Part shown: in pieces, positions 30,521 through 40,113 of the stretch | How positions within the stretch are numbered: the first letter of the stretch is position 1 | Layout of the letters: every line of letters starts with the position of its first letter | Origin: an uncultured Acidobacteriota bacterium | GTDB taxonomy: Bacteria; Acidobacteriota; Vicinamibacteria; Vicinamibacterales; UBA8438 | Direction: 5' to 3' | NCBI GenBank assembly: GCA_913043225.1 | Contig: CAJWLU010000008.1 | Coordinates: forward strand, 1-64,000 | Length of the DNA stretch: 64,000 nt | Position numbers and translations under genes: made by a program | Notes under the pieces: generated by a model | Told to the model about the DNA's origin: nothing | Database searches by the model: none | What the model saw: only the letters and a program-made list of their open reading frames with translations

Positions 30521-31525
30521 TTAGAGCAGACCTGCCACGCGGTCGATGAACCAGTAGGCTGAGACCGTCCCCATCAGATAGACCGGGAGCTGCGTGGTCA
30601 ACGGGGGGAGGTCGACTGGGATCCGTCGGATCAGCCACAGCAGGCTCAGCAGGCCGCCCACCACCAGTAATTGGCCAACCTCCACACCCACGTTGAATAA
30701 GAAGAGTGCGGTAACCCGCGCGTCGCCCGGCAGTCCGATTTCGGACAGGGCGCCGGCGAAGCCGAACCCGTGGAGAAGCCCGAAGCCGAAGGCGATGGAC
30801 CACGGCCACCGGCTCATCGGCGAGCTCGGGTCGGCGCCTCGACTGAGCTCAACGGCCAGAAAGAGAATGCTGAGGGCGATGACCGCCTCGACCGGTCCCT
30901 GCGACAGCGTCATTACGCCAAGAGTCGACAGCGCCAGGGTGATGCTGTGGGCCACCGTGAACGACGTTACGACCTGCACGAGCTGGATCGGTCGGCGGAC
31001 GAAGCACATCAGCCCCACCACGAACAGGATGTGGTCGAAGCCGAACAGGAGATGCTCGACGCCGAGCTCGAGGTAGGCCGGCACGGCCAGGCCGGCAGCC
31101 GACGCGGCGAGGACTACGAATGGCCCGTCTGGCCGGAGCAGATGGTCGGTCGCGTTTCCATCCGCCCACCGTACGCGGAGCAGGACGTCGGTCAGGGTCC
31201 TGGCGAGACCTACGATTTCCACGCGGGCACCAGCGAGACCCTCGTCGCCGCAACTGACCGTCCACCGCTCCAGCAAAACGGTGTCGGTGACGTCGGGGAG
31301 CGCTCGCGATGCCTCCACGCAGTGCGAGGGAAGCTGGGGTTCCAGCGGGAGTCGAAGGGCCAGGGTGGGATCCCCGCTCGGGAGGATTGGTTGTTTCCAG
31401 GTGATTTCCACCAGGCCGGCGTCGAGCTCGCGGAGCTCGAGATATGCCGGTCGCACCTCGTGGGCGGAGACCGCCGTGGCGCCGGAGTTAAGCAGAAGAA
31501 GCACCGCGGCCGCATGAAGCTGCAT
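30521..31525 (-). CDS. HupE/UreJ family membrane protein
   Basis: AHEVRPAYL; LGVEHLLFGFDHILF; FTVAHSITL; FGLLHGFGFA; FNVGVEVGQ. Confidence 0.9.
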   Translation of the reverse strand: MQLHAAAVLLLLNSGATAVSAHEVRPAYLELRELDAGLVEITWKQPILPSGDPTLALRLPLEPQLPSHCVEASRALPDVTDTVLLERWTVSCGDEGLAGARVEIVGLARTLTDVLLRVRWADGNATDHLLRPDGPFVVLAASAAGLAVPAYLELGVEHLLFGFDHILFVVGLMCFVRRPIQLVQVVTSFTVAHSITLALSTLGVMTLSQGPVEAVIALSILFLAVELSRGADPSSPMSRWPWSIAFGFGLLHGFGFAGALSEIGLPGDARVTALFLFNVGVEVGQLLVVGGLLSLLWLIRRIPVDLPPLTTQLPVYLMGTVSAYWFIDRVAGLL

Positions 31526-31535
31526 GGCCGAGATG

Positions 31536-32387
31536 TCAGCTCGTATCCGATTGACTCGCACCCAGATCTCCCACCTGCACGTCATACCGTTCCCGGAGCT
31601 CGTCGAACGCCGTTTGGTTCAGCTCGCGCCGTCGGTCCGCGAGCAAATCCTGAATCACCCGCTCGCGTATCTCGTCCAGCGGAAGCTGCTGGGCGTCGGC
31701 CCGGGCCACGACGCGAACTAGATGCACCCCATAGGCGGATCGGACCGGTCCGCGCCAGCCGTTCGGCGGCAGGTCGCCGAGCACCCCGGCGAAGTCGCTG
31801 CCGAAGAGCTCCGCAATCTCCTGGTCGCTCCGGTCGGCGTATTCACGCAACAGCATGAACGGGTCGCCTAGTTGCCGCCATGCGTTGGGAGGACCGGTGG
31901 TTAGCTGATCGAGGAGCATCGCGGCGTCTGCTTCCGGATCCTCCCGCCGATCCCGGCTCAGGTACACATGAACGAACGTGGTACGGCGGGGTTCGCGATA
32001 CCGGTTGCCATGAGCCGCGTGATAGGCCACGACGGTCGCCTCATCCGGTGGATCGACGCCAACGCCATCTTCCAGCATGAACGTCATCTTCTGTGCGAGC
32101 CGACGGCGAACGATCGTGTCGTCACGATCGAGCCCAAGGCGGAGCGCCTCGCGATAGAGGATCTCTTCCCGGATCGCGTCGTTGACGAGCCCCCTCAGTT
32201 CCGCCTCGGTCGGTGGACGATCCCACTGGACGGTCCAGCGTTCCCGGATGCCGGCCAGCTGCAGTTCGCCAATCTCGATCGTCCGGGTCGCGCGGTCGTC
32301 GCCCCCTCGCCACCGGTCGAACGTGAAGACAGCGCCACCAAGGAAGAGGAAAACCACGAGGGGGGTGACACCACGAGGTGCAGACAT
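31536..32387 (-). CDS. Parvulin/PpiC-type peptidyl-prolyl isomerase-like protein
   Basis: EEILYREALRLGLDRDDTIVRRRLAQKM; WRGPVRSAYGVHLV. Confidence 0.88.
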   Translation of the reverse strand: MSAPRGVTPLVVFLFLGGAVFTFDRWRGGDDRATRTIEIGELQLAGIRERWTVQWDRPPTEAELRGLVNDAIREEILYREALRLGLDRDDTIVRRRLAQKMTFMLEDGVGVDPPDEATVVAYHAAHGNRYREPRRTTFVHVYLSRDRREDPEADAAMLLDQLTTGPPNAWRQLGDPFMLLREYADRSDQEIAELFGSDFAGVLGDLPPNGWRGPVRSAYGVHLVRVVARADAQQLPLDEIRERVIQDLLADRRRELNQTAFDELRERYDVQVGDLGASQSDTS

Positions 32388-32560
32388 GGTTCGTCGGTCG
32401 GAAACGGCCAGATTATGTCATCGCCTAGCACGTTTCTGCGTTGGTCGGTCCCGTCTCCAGTCCCTTCGTTGGAGTCTTCAGGTTGACTGAAAGCCAACCA
32501 TCCTTTGGTGGCGGGTTAGTTCCTTCAGTCACCACGCCGAGGAGTGCGCCGCGATTTCTC

Positions 32561-33028
32561 CTACGCCTGCGCCCGGTGCATTACTACGAGTTGTCCCAGG
32601 TGATAGGAGTTGTGGTTCCCGATGATCAGGAGCTCTCGCAGCAGAGTGTGCTCCGGGTTACGCTGGAGCGGCGCCATGAGATCACGATCCGGGTCGCGTG
32701 CGATAGTGCGCAGGGCGTCGAGATCGGCCAGAAACTGCTCCACACTGGACCGCCACTCGGTCTCGGAGGCCTTGCCCTCGGCGGTCGGCCAGTACCCATC
32801 CGGGAACGTCAGCTCCTGGTAGTCGCCGTCGGAGACATAATCGAGGATGTCCCGCTGCGCGAGGCGCAGATGTTCGAGCAGTTGCCACGGCGTGTACGGT
32901 ACGCCGGGCAGTGCGGCGTTGATCCGATCGAGCGGGAATCGTTCGAACAGTTCTTGCGGTCGGATATGCGCCTGGGCGCCGTCGAGCAGCCGACCGAGTT
33001 GCTCCCGGAGCACGTCGTCGCCATCCAT
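32561..33028 (-). CDS. DinB family protein
   Basis: WQLLEHLRLAQRDIL and HNSYHLGQ His triad. Confidence 0.85.
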   Translation of the reverse strand: MDGDDVLREQLGRLLDGAQAHIRPQELFERFPLDRINAALPGVPYTPWQLLEHLRLAQRDILDYVSDGDYQELTFPDGYWPTAEGKASETEWRSSVEQFLADLDALRTIARDPDRDLMAPLQRNPEHTLLRELLIIGNHNSYHLGQLVVMHRAQA

Positions 33029-33030
33029 CG

Positions 33031-34059
33031 TCAGTCCGGATTCTCCAGCCGCTGGTAGATGCGTCCCACGGTCAACGGGTCTACACCGACGTTGCGGATC
33101 GGGATGCCGGTGTGACTCGTCAGGTCGATCGTGCGTGAGGCCTCCTCGACACTCACGCCCTCGCGATACTTTGTTTCGGTCTCCCGCCAGAGGTCCCGGT
33201 AGTAGTCTTGGACCACATCGATCCGTGAAAGATCGGTTACGGGCGGACCATGTCCGGGGACGAATACGTCGAAGTCGAGCGCCTTCAGGTTCTCGAGCGT
33301 CTGTGGCCACTCATCGACAAAGCCATCGCCCAGAAACGAGGGGCCGTTGAGTGCCATGTCGCCCGTGAATACCACTCCGTCGTCGGGAAAGTAGACGGCG
33401 ACGTCGCCGCCGGTGTGCGCTCGCCCGAGGAACAAGATCTGGATCTCGCGATTGCCGCGATAGAGCGTCATCCGGTCGCTCATGGTGACCGATGGTGGCA
33501 CTGGGGCGATTTCGTCGAAGTCTTGGACATGCGCGGCGAAGAGGTCGTAGTCAGCCTGCCGACGCGCCTGCTCAGTCGCGTCGGTTGCGTCGGCGATCTC
33601 TTCTTGCATCCGCTCCAGGCGTGCCTGGTTGCCGACCACGCCACGGGTATAGGTGGGTTCGTCGAGTGGCGCCGTGGCCAGCTTCTCGTAGGTGAACTCG
33701 TGTCCGATGATCGGGATGTCGGTGAACTCCTGGTTCCCGTGGGCATGGTCCCAATGGTGGTGGGAGTTGATGACGGCCGTGATCTGATTAGAGGTCAGCG
33801 TGCGCACCGAGGCGATCAGATCTCTCGCCTTTGAGGGTGTTACGTGCGAGTCGACCAACACGACATCGTCGTCGTTGATGATTACCAGCGCGTTGCTGTT
33901 AAAGACCGGAGCGGTGGTCTGCGCCAGGAAGATGCCGTTGCGCACTTCCGTGAAGCGGTGTGTGTCTGTTGTGGCCGGCTGCGCCGCGAGCAGCAGACCG
34001 CTGGCGGCGACCATGGTGGCTCCCAGCAGGATTCGCGCGGAGGGTCGTCGTCTGATCAT
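33031..34059 (-). CDS. Secreted MBL-fold metallo-hydrolase
   Basis: Signal peptide; SHHHWDHAHGN, AHTGGD, FTGD, PGHG. Confidence 0.9.
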   Translation of the reverse strand: MIRRRPSARILLGATMVAASGLLLAAQPATTDTHRFTEVRNGIFLAQTTAPVFNSNALVIINDDDVVLVDSHVTPSKARDLIASVRTLTSNQITAVINSHHHWDHAHGNQEFTDIPIIGHEFTYEKLATAPLDEPTYTRGVVGNQARLERMQEEIADATDATEQARRQADYDLFAAHVQDFDEIAPVPPSVTMSDRMTLYRGNREIQILFLGRAHTGGDVAVYFPDDGVVFTGDMALNGPSFLGDGFVDEWPQTLENLKALDFDVFVPGHGPPVTDLSRIDVVQDYYRDLWRETETKYREGVSVEEASRTIDLTSHTGIPIRNVGVDPLTVGRIYQRLENPD

Positions 34060-34150
34060 GTTGGGATGCTACCAGGGAACCGGTCGCTGCGGATACGCAC
34101 GCCCATGGACAGCGCCTGGTCTCAGCTCGCACAATATCGTCTGTGGTGTG

Positions 34151-37100
34151 ATGGCCTTGCAAAGACGCGCGACATCTTCCGGCTGGGGGGCCCGTTCGGC
34201 GCTGCTGGTGCTGCTAGTGGCTTCTCCGGCGAGCTCGCAGGATCCGGCGACCGGTACGCCCAACTTTTTGAGCCCCCATGCCGGCCCGATTGCGGTCAGC
34301 GGAGGATTGGTCTACGTGGCCAACACGCCGGGGGCGACCCTGGATGTCCTCGACGCGGCGTCCCTCGAGCTCGTCGCGCGGGTACGGGTTGGCGTCGATC
34401 CGGTAGGCGTTGCCGTTCGACCTGATGGCCGGGAAGTCTGGGTGGCTAACCACGTGTCCGACGCGGTGAGTGTCGTCGACACTGACAGCTCTAGTCCGAC
34501 CTACCTGCAGGTCGTGGCGACTGTGCAGGATCTCGATCCGGTGAGTCGAGGAACCCGCTTCGACGAGCCCGTAGGTGTTGTCTTCGCCAGCGACGAGAAA
34601 GCCTACGTCTCGTTGTCGTCGGAGAACGAGGTGGCTGTGGTGGACGTGGCAACGCGGTCGGTCGTACGCCGGCTGTCGATCACGGCCCAGGATCCCCGCG
34701 CGCTCGCCGTTCGGGGTAACCGACTGTTCGTTGCGCCGTTCGAATCCAACAACCAGACTCAGCTCTCCGGTTGTGTCGGGCCGATCGACGGCGAGCTATG
34801 TACTTTCGACGCGCAGGAGCATGTGGTCGACAACAACAACGTGTTGTCACTCGGGTATGACGCCGATATCGTGCGCCACCCCGCCGTGCCGGACCGCGAC
34901 CTGTTCGTGTTCGATACGGCGACCGACGCCCTAGTCGAGGTGGTCGACACGGTTGGGACGTTGCTCTACGGCATGGCGGTCGATTCGGTCGGCCGGGTCT
35001 TCGTGGCGCAGACCGAGGCTCGCAACGACGCCAACGGCCGGGCCGGAACCCTGAAACATGGCTTGGCTGAGATGGGGAACCGCCCGTTTCTCAACCGCGT
35101 CACACGCGTTGATTGTGCCGGAGCCAGTTGCGGGCCGCCCGAGTTCCTCGAACTCGAGCCGCTGCCGCCGGCGGAGCCTGCCCCAGACGCCGCATTGGCC
35201 ACGCCCTATGCCATCTCGGTCAGCGCCGATGACCGTACCCTCGTGGCCACCGCGGCCAGCTCCGACGTTCTCTTCACTCTCGACGCCGCTAGCGGGGCGG
35301 TGCTGGGCCGGGTCGCGGTGGGCGCGGTGCCCCGGGGCGTAGCGCTGGAGTCGGCCGCCGACGGTGCCGCCACGCGCGCCTGGGTGCTGAACGCCGTCGA
35401 CAATTCCGTCTCGCTCGTCGACTTGACCGATCGGACGCAACCGCAACTCGCCGCGACAATCCCACTCGACGATCCGACCCACCTCGTGGTCAAGCTGGGT
35501 CGGGTGGCGTTCTCGACGGCCCGCGCGTCGACTGGCGGCACGTTCTCGTGTGAAAGCTGTCACCCCGACGGCCACACGGATCAGCTGCTGTGGGTGCTGG
35601 ACACCCCTGTCTGCAATGTGGCCGGGTGCACCCAGGTGCCCCCGCGGTCGACCATGCCGATCCGGGGCCTACGCGATACGGCGCCGTACCACTGGGACGG
35701 GATTCCGGGCGATCCGTATGGGGGGGCGAACACCGCGAACATCGGAACATCGGTGACGGCCAATTGCGACCCGCTGGTGCCAGAGAGCTGCACACGCCAG
35801 CTCTTGGACGGCACTCTCGCCACGACGATGTGCCTGGTTGACGATTGCCCGATCAATGACGAGGGATTGCCGGGTGCACTCGACGCCACCGAGCGCGATG
35901 CGCTGGCTAGGTTTCTCCTAAGCGTGCCGTACCCACCAGCCCAACGCCGTTCCTACGACAACGTACTGTCGACTACGGCCACCACCGGCTTCCGGGTGTT
36001 TCACATCGACGGCGTTCCCGGGGACCAGCCCGGCGATAGGGCGAACGTTTGTGGTAATTGCCATCGGCTGCCGTTCTGGGTAAGCACCAACACACCTGGT
36101 ACCGGCATGGACGCGCCAACTTGGCGCGGAGCGTATGACCGTTGGTTGATCCTTCCGCAGGGGCGATGGAACGTGGTCGACCTGCGGAGGCAGAGTGAGC
36201 GCGATGCCGGGTTTCCTGAGCGGAACATGTGGGGTGCCGCGTTCGGAGTGCAGGTGCCGTTCTGGAACATGGTCACCGAGGGGAGCACGGGGTTCTCGGG
36301 AGCCTACGCCCGTACGCTGACGCTCAGTCGCTCGACGGCGACTGCCGAGCTGACCTCGGATTTGCTTGCTGCGCTGGAGTTGGCGGATCAGGAAGGTGCC
36401 GTGTTCCTCCAGGGAGAAGGGGTCTTCATCGAGCACGACACCGTCACCGCCGCCCGTTTCGCCTACGATGCCGGGTTCTACCTCGAGCAGGATGGAGCCC
36501 GCCGCGCCTTCAGTCGTAGCGCTCTTGTTTCGATGGCAAGAGAAGGCGAATTCGTGGGTACCTTCATTGGTCGCGTAGGACCAAACGTCGATCTCGACCA
36601 CCCCCAGCCGGCCTTGTGGACACTGGGACCAATCCAGGACCAACAGGGCCGTCAGGTTTTTCCGCGAGACTTCGGCGACGGCCGGGCTCTGCAGATCAGT
36701 GCTCGTCATGTGCAGCCCGGAGCCAAGCTTTTCGTCGATGGTCGCCGTGTTGACGGGACGCTCAGGTGTCAGACCGGTGTGCTGCCAAGTTGTACCAGCG
36801 AGATTATCGAAGTTGATCTGGCGCAGTCGCCGCCGGTCTCCGGCCTTCACTTCCTGCAGGTGCAGAACCCGGACGGGCTATTCAGCAATGAGTTCATCTT
36901 CCACCGCGCCATGGCGGCGACGGCCTCAGCTGTGTCAGCACCCGGTGACACCATGGCCGGGGTAGCCACTGACACCGTGCTCTTGAGCTTGCCCCGTATG
37001 CCCGTGGTGGACGGTGTGGTCTCTACCGCTGACGGTCTGAGGTTTGAGCTCGAGACGATGGCGGAGGGCTTCGAGGCGCCGGCACGCGCGGCGGTCGTGC

Positions 37101-38056
37101 CGGACGGCCGGGTGTTGGTGTCCGACGCGGCCGGGCGGCTCTGGTTTGTTGGCGCTGATGGTCAGCGGGCGCCCGCCCCGGCGCTGGTGCTGCCCGAAGC
37201 GCTGATGCCAGGTGCCGGAGATGTGCCAGAGGTCGTCGTCGATCCGGCATTCGAGAAGTCAGGGTTCATCTACGTTCTGTATACCCGACAGTTGTCCGGT
37301 ACGTCCCCGACACGTCAGCTTGTACGCTACCGTGCGGTTGAAGAGCGCTTCGCCGAACCCGCGGTACTGATCGATGCCTTGCCAGCCGGGCCCGGCGATA
37401 CCGGGCGTCTGGCGATCGGCGGTGACCAGCAGCTATACGTGGCGCTTGGCGATGCCGGCACCGAACCGGCCGAGGCGGCAAGCTACCGCGGCAAGGTCCT
37501 TCGGATCGCACTGGATGGCACCACGCCGGTCGACAACCCATTCCTGTCCCCGATCTTCGCTGGGGGCCTCCGGCAGCCGCTGACCTTGGCCTGGCCGTCG
37601 GAGTCAGAGAGTCTCTGGGTCGCCGACCTGGACTCCTCGGGCACCCTGGGTATCACCCCGGTTACCGCCGGATCGGTCGCTCCCCGGGGATCTGCTGTCG
37701 CCTCTCTCGCCAGCGTCGAGAGTGGTAGCGGCCTCGAGGTGATGGCGGTGGCGTTCGCTGGAGCGGTCTCAGCAGCTCCTGTTTTTCGGGATCTCTTCCT
37801 AACGCGGCGGCAAGGTGCTTTCCTCGAACGGTGGCGCCTCGATTTGGAGACGCCCGGTCGAGTCGTTGCTTCCGAGCGTCTGCTGCGCGACCATGTGCCT
37901 CCGTTGATCGACGTTGAGGCCGGTCCGGATGGAACCCTGTACCTCATCACCGACAACGCGGGGTCGGCGGGGGCTGCACTGCTTCGGCTTACGCCGTTAC
38001 TCGATTTCCCAGTCCTTACGTCGCCGGAGCGCCGCATCAGCCTGGAGAGCCGATGA
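34151..38056 (+). CDS. Secreted YVTN/YncE beta-propeller + di-haem cytochrome c (peroxidase/MauG-like) + C-terminal sGDH-like propeller fusion
   Basis: YVANT/VWVAN/VGVDP repeats; CESCHPDG (35549) and CGNCH (36050); LRDTAPYHWDG; C-terminal YRGKVLRIALDGTTPVDNPF and DVEAGPDGTLYLIT. Confidence 0.8.
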   Translation: MALQRRATSSGWGARSALLVLLVASPASSQDPATGTPNFLSPHAGPIAVSGGLVYVANTPGATLDVLDAASLELVARVRVGVDPVGVAVRPDGREVWVANHVSDAVSVVDTDSSSPTYLQVVATVQDLDPVSRGTRFDEPVGVVFASDEKAYVSLSSENEVAVVDVATRSVVRRLSITAQDPRALAVRGNRLFVAPFESNNQTQLSGCVGPIDGELCTFDAQEHVVDNNNVLSLGYDADIVRHPAVPDRDLFVFDTATDALVEVVDTVGTLLYGMAVDSVGRVFVAQTEARNDANGRAGTLKHGLAEMGNRPFLNRVTRVDCAGASCGPPEFLELEPLPPAEPAPDAALATPYAISVSADDRTLVATAASSDVLFTLDAASGAVLGRVAVGAVPRGVALESAADGAATRAWVLNAVDNSVSLVDLTDRTQPQLAATIPLDDPTHLVVKLGRVAFSTARASTGGTFSCESCHPDGHTDQLLWVLDTPVCNVAGCTQVPPRSTMPIRGLRDTAPYHWDGIPGDPYGGANTANIGTSVTANCDPLVPESCTRQLLDGTLATTMCLVDDCPINDEGLPGALDATERDALARFLLSVPYPPAQRRSYDNVLSTTATTGFRVFHIDGVPGDQPGDRANVCGNCHRLPFWVSTNTPGTGMDAPTWRGAYDRWLILPQGRWNVVDLRRQSERDAGFPERNMWGAAFGVQVPFWNMVTEGSTGFSGAYARTLTLSRSTATAELTSDLLAALELADQEGAVFLQGEGVFIEHDTVTAARFAYDAGFYLEQDGARRAFSRSALVSMAREGEFVGTFIGRVGPNVDLDHPQPALWTLGPIQDQQGRQVFPRDFGDGRALQISARHVQPGAKLFVDGRRVDGTLRCQTGVLPSCTSEIIEVDLAQSPPVSGLHFLQVQNPDGLFSNEFIFHRAMAATASAVSAPGDTMAGVATDTVLLSLPRMPVVDGVVSTADGLRFELETMAEGFEAPARAAVVPDGRVLVSDAAGRLWFVGADGQRAPAPALVLPEALMPGAGDVPEVVVDPAFEKSGFIYVLYTRQLSGTSPTRQLVRYRAVEERFAEPAVLIDALPAGPGDTGRLAIGGDQQLYVALGDAGTEPAEAASYRGKVLRIALDGTTPVDNPFLSPIFAGGLRQPLTLAWPSESESLWVADLDSSGTLGITPVTAGSVAPRGSAVASLASVESGSGLEVMAVAFAGAVSAAPVFRDLFLTRRQGAFLERWRLDLETPGRVVASERLLRDHVPPLIDVEAGPDGTLYLITDNAGSAGAALLRLTPLLDFPVLTSPERRISLESR

Positions 38057-40113
38057 CCAGTCACTCTGTCCGGATGTTGTTCTTGTCGACATCGATCGTC
38101 GCCCTGTCGCTATCGGCCGTCACTGCTGCGGCGCAGGAGTCGGCGAGCGCCCACCCTGACGGAGAGTGGCCATTGGTTGGGGGCGACTGGTCCAGCTCGC
38201 GTCACTCGACACTGGACCAGATTTCAACCGCGACGATCGGAAGGCTGGGTGGCGCCTGGGTGAGGGAGTTCGATGGTGGGGCGGCATCCCGTGCCACCCC
38301 CGTCATGGCGGATGGCACGCTCTATCTGACCGCCGGCGCGAACGTCTTCGCGCTCGACGCGCGCACCGGTGACACCCGCTGGCGGTGGCAAACCCCGGAG
38401 GATCGGCCCCAGATGGTGCCCTCGTGGCAGGGTGTCGGGCTGAGCGATGAGCTGCTCTTCGTGGGACTACGCACCTCCGAAGTGGCAGCGATCGACCGCG
38501 ACACCGGGGAGCTGGTGTGGGCCACGGCCATCGGGACCGTGCCACAGGAGATCGGCGAGATGGTGACCACCGCACCCATGTACGCGCGCGGACGTGTCTA
38601 CGCTGGGGTGGCCAGCGGCGACAGCGGCGGACAGGGCCGCATCGTGGCGCTCGATGCCGAGAGCGGAGAGATCGACTGGACCTTCTTCATCGTGCCCCGG
38701 CCGGGCGAGTTCGGCCATGACACCTGGCCGCAGGACTCGAATACCTGGCAGATGGGCGGCGGCGGGGTCTGGCTCGTGGGCACCGTCGACCCCGACCTCG
38801 GGCTGGTCTACTTCGCGACCGGCAATCCGGTGCCGATGTTTGGGGGCGAGATCAGGGCCGGAGACAATCTGTTCACCGCGTCGGTCGTGGCGGTGGACAC
38901 CGAGACGGGCGAGCTCCGCTGGCATTACCAGGTCGTTCGGCACGACGTCTGGGACGCCGACATCGCCACGCCGTTGCTGCTCTATGAGACGCAGGTCGAC
39001 GGGCAGCCACGAAAGGCACTGGCCGCGATGCGTGCCGATGGCTTCCTCTTCCTGTTCGATCGGGAGACGGGTGAGCCGCTGCTGCCGATCGAGCAGCGCC
39101 CCGTGCCCCAGGATCCGGGACAGCTGACGGCCGCCACCCAGCCGTTTCCGATTGGCGCCGAGAGCATACTTCCCGACTGCGCGTACTGGCGCGACCGGGT
39201 GCCGCCGCCCTTTCAGCTGAACTGCAGCGGGTTCACGCCACCCACGGTGGACGCGCACACCGTGGTCGCTCCTGGTGCGCCGATCCCACGTGTCCGGGTG
39301 ACGCCGATGTCGCACAGTCCACAGACTGGCTTCATCTATGCCCAGGGGATGGCGCATGTGGGTCGCATCCGACGGTTCGCCGATCCGTGGCTGGTCAACA
39401 CCGGCGACGTGCAGATCACGCTGCCGGACGCGCTGGGCATCATCGCCGCGGTCGATACGGCGACCGGCCGGGTGGTCTGGAAGCATGAGGTGCCGACCAG
39501 ATTTCTGGGCACGAGCGGGCCGTTGACTACTGCGGGCGGGTTGATGTTCCGCGCGGCACCAGACGGACTCGTCGAGGCCTACGACGCGCGAACCGGGGAC
39601 CGCGCCTGGACCTTCCAGACGGCGCCGGCCGGGGCGCTGATGCGACCGGGGCCGGCGATCACCTACGAACTCGACGGTCGCCAGTATGTCAGCGTTGCCA
39701 TGGGGCGTGAGTTCTGGGCGTTTGCGCTCGACGGCGCGGTCGAGCCGCGGGGAGAGCCGCTCACCGATCTGTGGGCGGGTGTCCCGCCGCGCGGCCCCCG
39801 TCCCGAGGAAACCCAGGAGATCGAGACGGGGACGTTGCTCGAAAGCCCGGCCTGGGCCGTCGGCGGCCGGCGCTATGCCCTGGAGGAGCATCGCTTCAAT
39901 CCGGTGCGGGCGCGGGTTCGCGCCGGTGTCCGGGTCCGGTTCCTCAACAGCGGGGAGATCCCGCACACGATCGCCGCCCGGGACGGTAGCTGGAGCACCG
40001 AGACCCTCGACCCGGCGACCTGGGGGTTCGTCACCTTCGATGAGCCCGGGACGTTCCTGTTCCACTGTGTCGAGCATCCGTGGGCCATCGGTGAGCTCAC
40101 CGTCGAACCGTGA
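38053..40113 (+). CDS. PQQ-dependent dehydrogenase fused to a C-terminal cupredoxin domain
   Basis: Signal peptide; RHSTLDQI, GGGVW, YFATGNP, WHYQVVRHDVWDAD; C-terminal PHTI..TFDEPGTFLFHCVEHPWAIG. Confidence 0.85.
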   Translation: MTSHSVRMLFLSTSIVALSLSAVTAAAQESASAHPDGEWPLVGGDWSSSRHSTLDQISTATIGRLGGAWVREFDGGAASRATPVMADGTLYLTAGANVFALDARTGDTRWRWQTPEDRPQMVPSWQGVGLSDELLFVGLRTSEVAAIDRDTGELVWATAIGTVPQEIGEMVTTAPMYARGRVYAGVASGDSGGQGRIVALDAESGEIDWTFFIVPRPGEFGHDTWPQDSNTWQMGGGGVWLVGTVDPDLGLVYFATGNPVPMFGGEIRAGDNLFTASVVAVDTETGELRWHYQVVRHDVWDADIATPLLLYETQVDGQPRKALAAMRADGFLFLFDRETGEPLLPIEQRPVPQDPGQLTAATQPFPIGAESILPDCAYWRDRVPPPFQLNCSGFTPPTVDAHTVVAPGAPIPRVRVTPMSHSPQTGFIYAQGMAHVGRIRRFADPWLVNTGDVQITLPDALGIIAAVDTATGRVVWKHEVPTRFLGTSGPLTTAGGLMFRAAPDGLVEAYDARTGDRAWTFQTAPAGALMRPGPAITYELDGRQYVSVAMGREFWAFALDGAVEPRGEPLTDLWAGVPPRGPRPEETQEIETGTLLESPAWAVGGRRYALEEHRFNPVRARVRAGVRVRFLNSGEIPHTIAARDGSWSTETLDPATWGFVTFDEPGTFLFHCVEHPWAIGELTVEP

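Noticed and set aside
33800..34150. N-terminal extension of the 1418-aa ORF
   Set aside because: It overlaps the divergent MBL gene; the signal peptide begins at ATG 34151.
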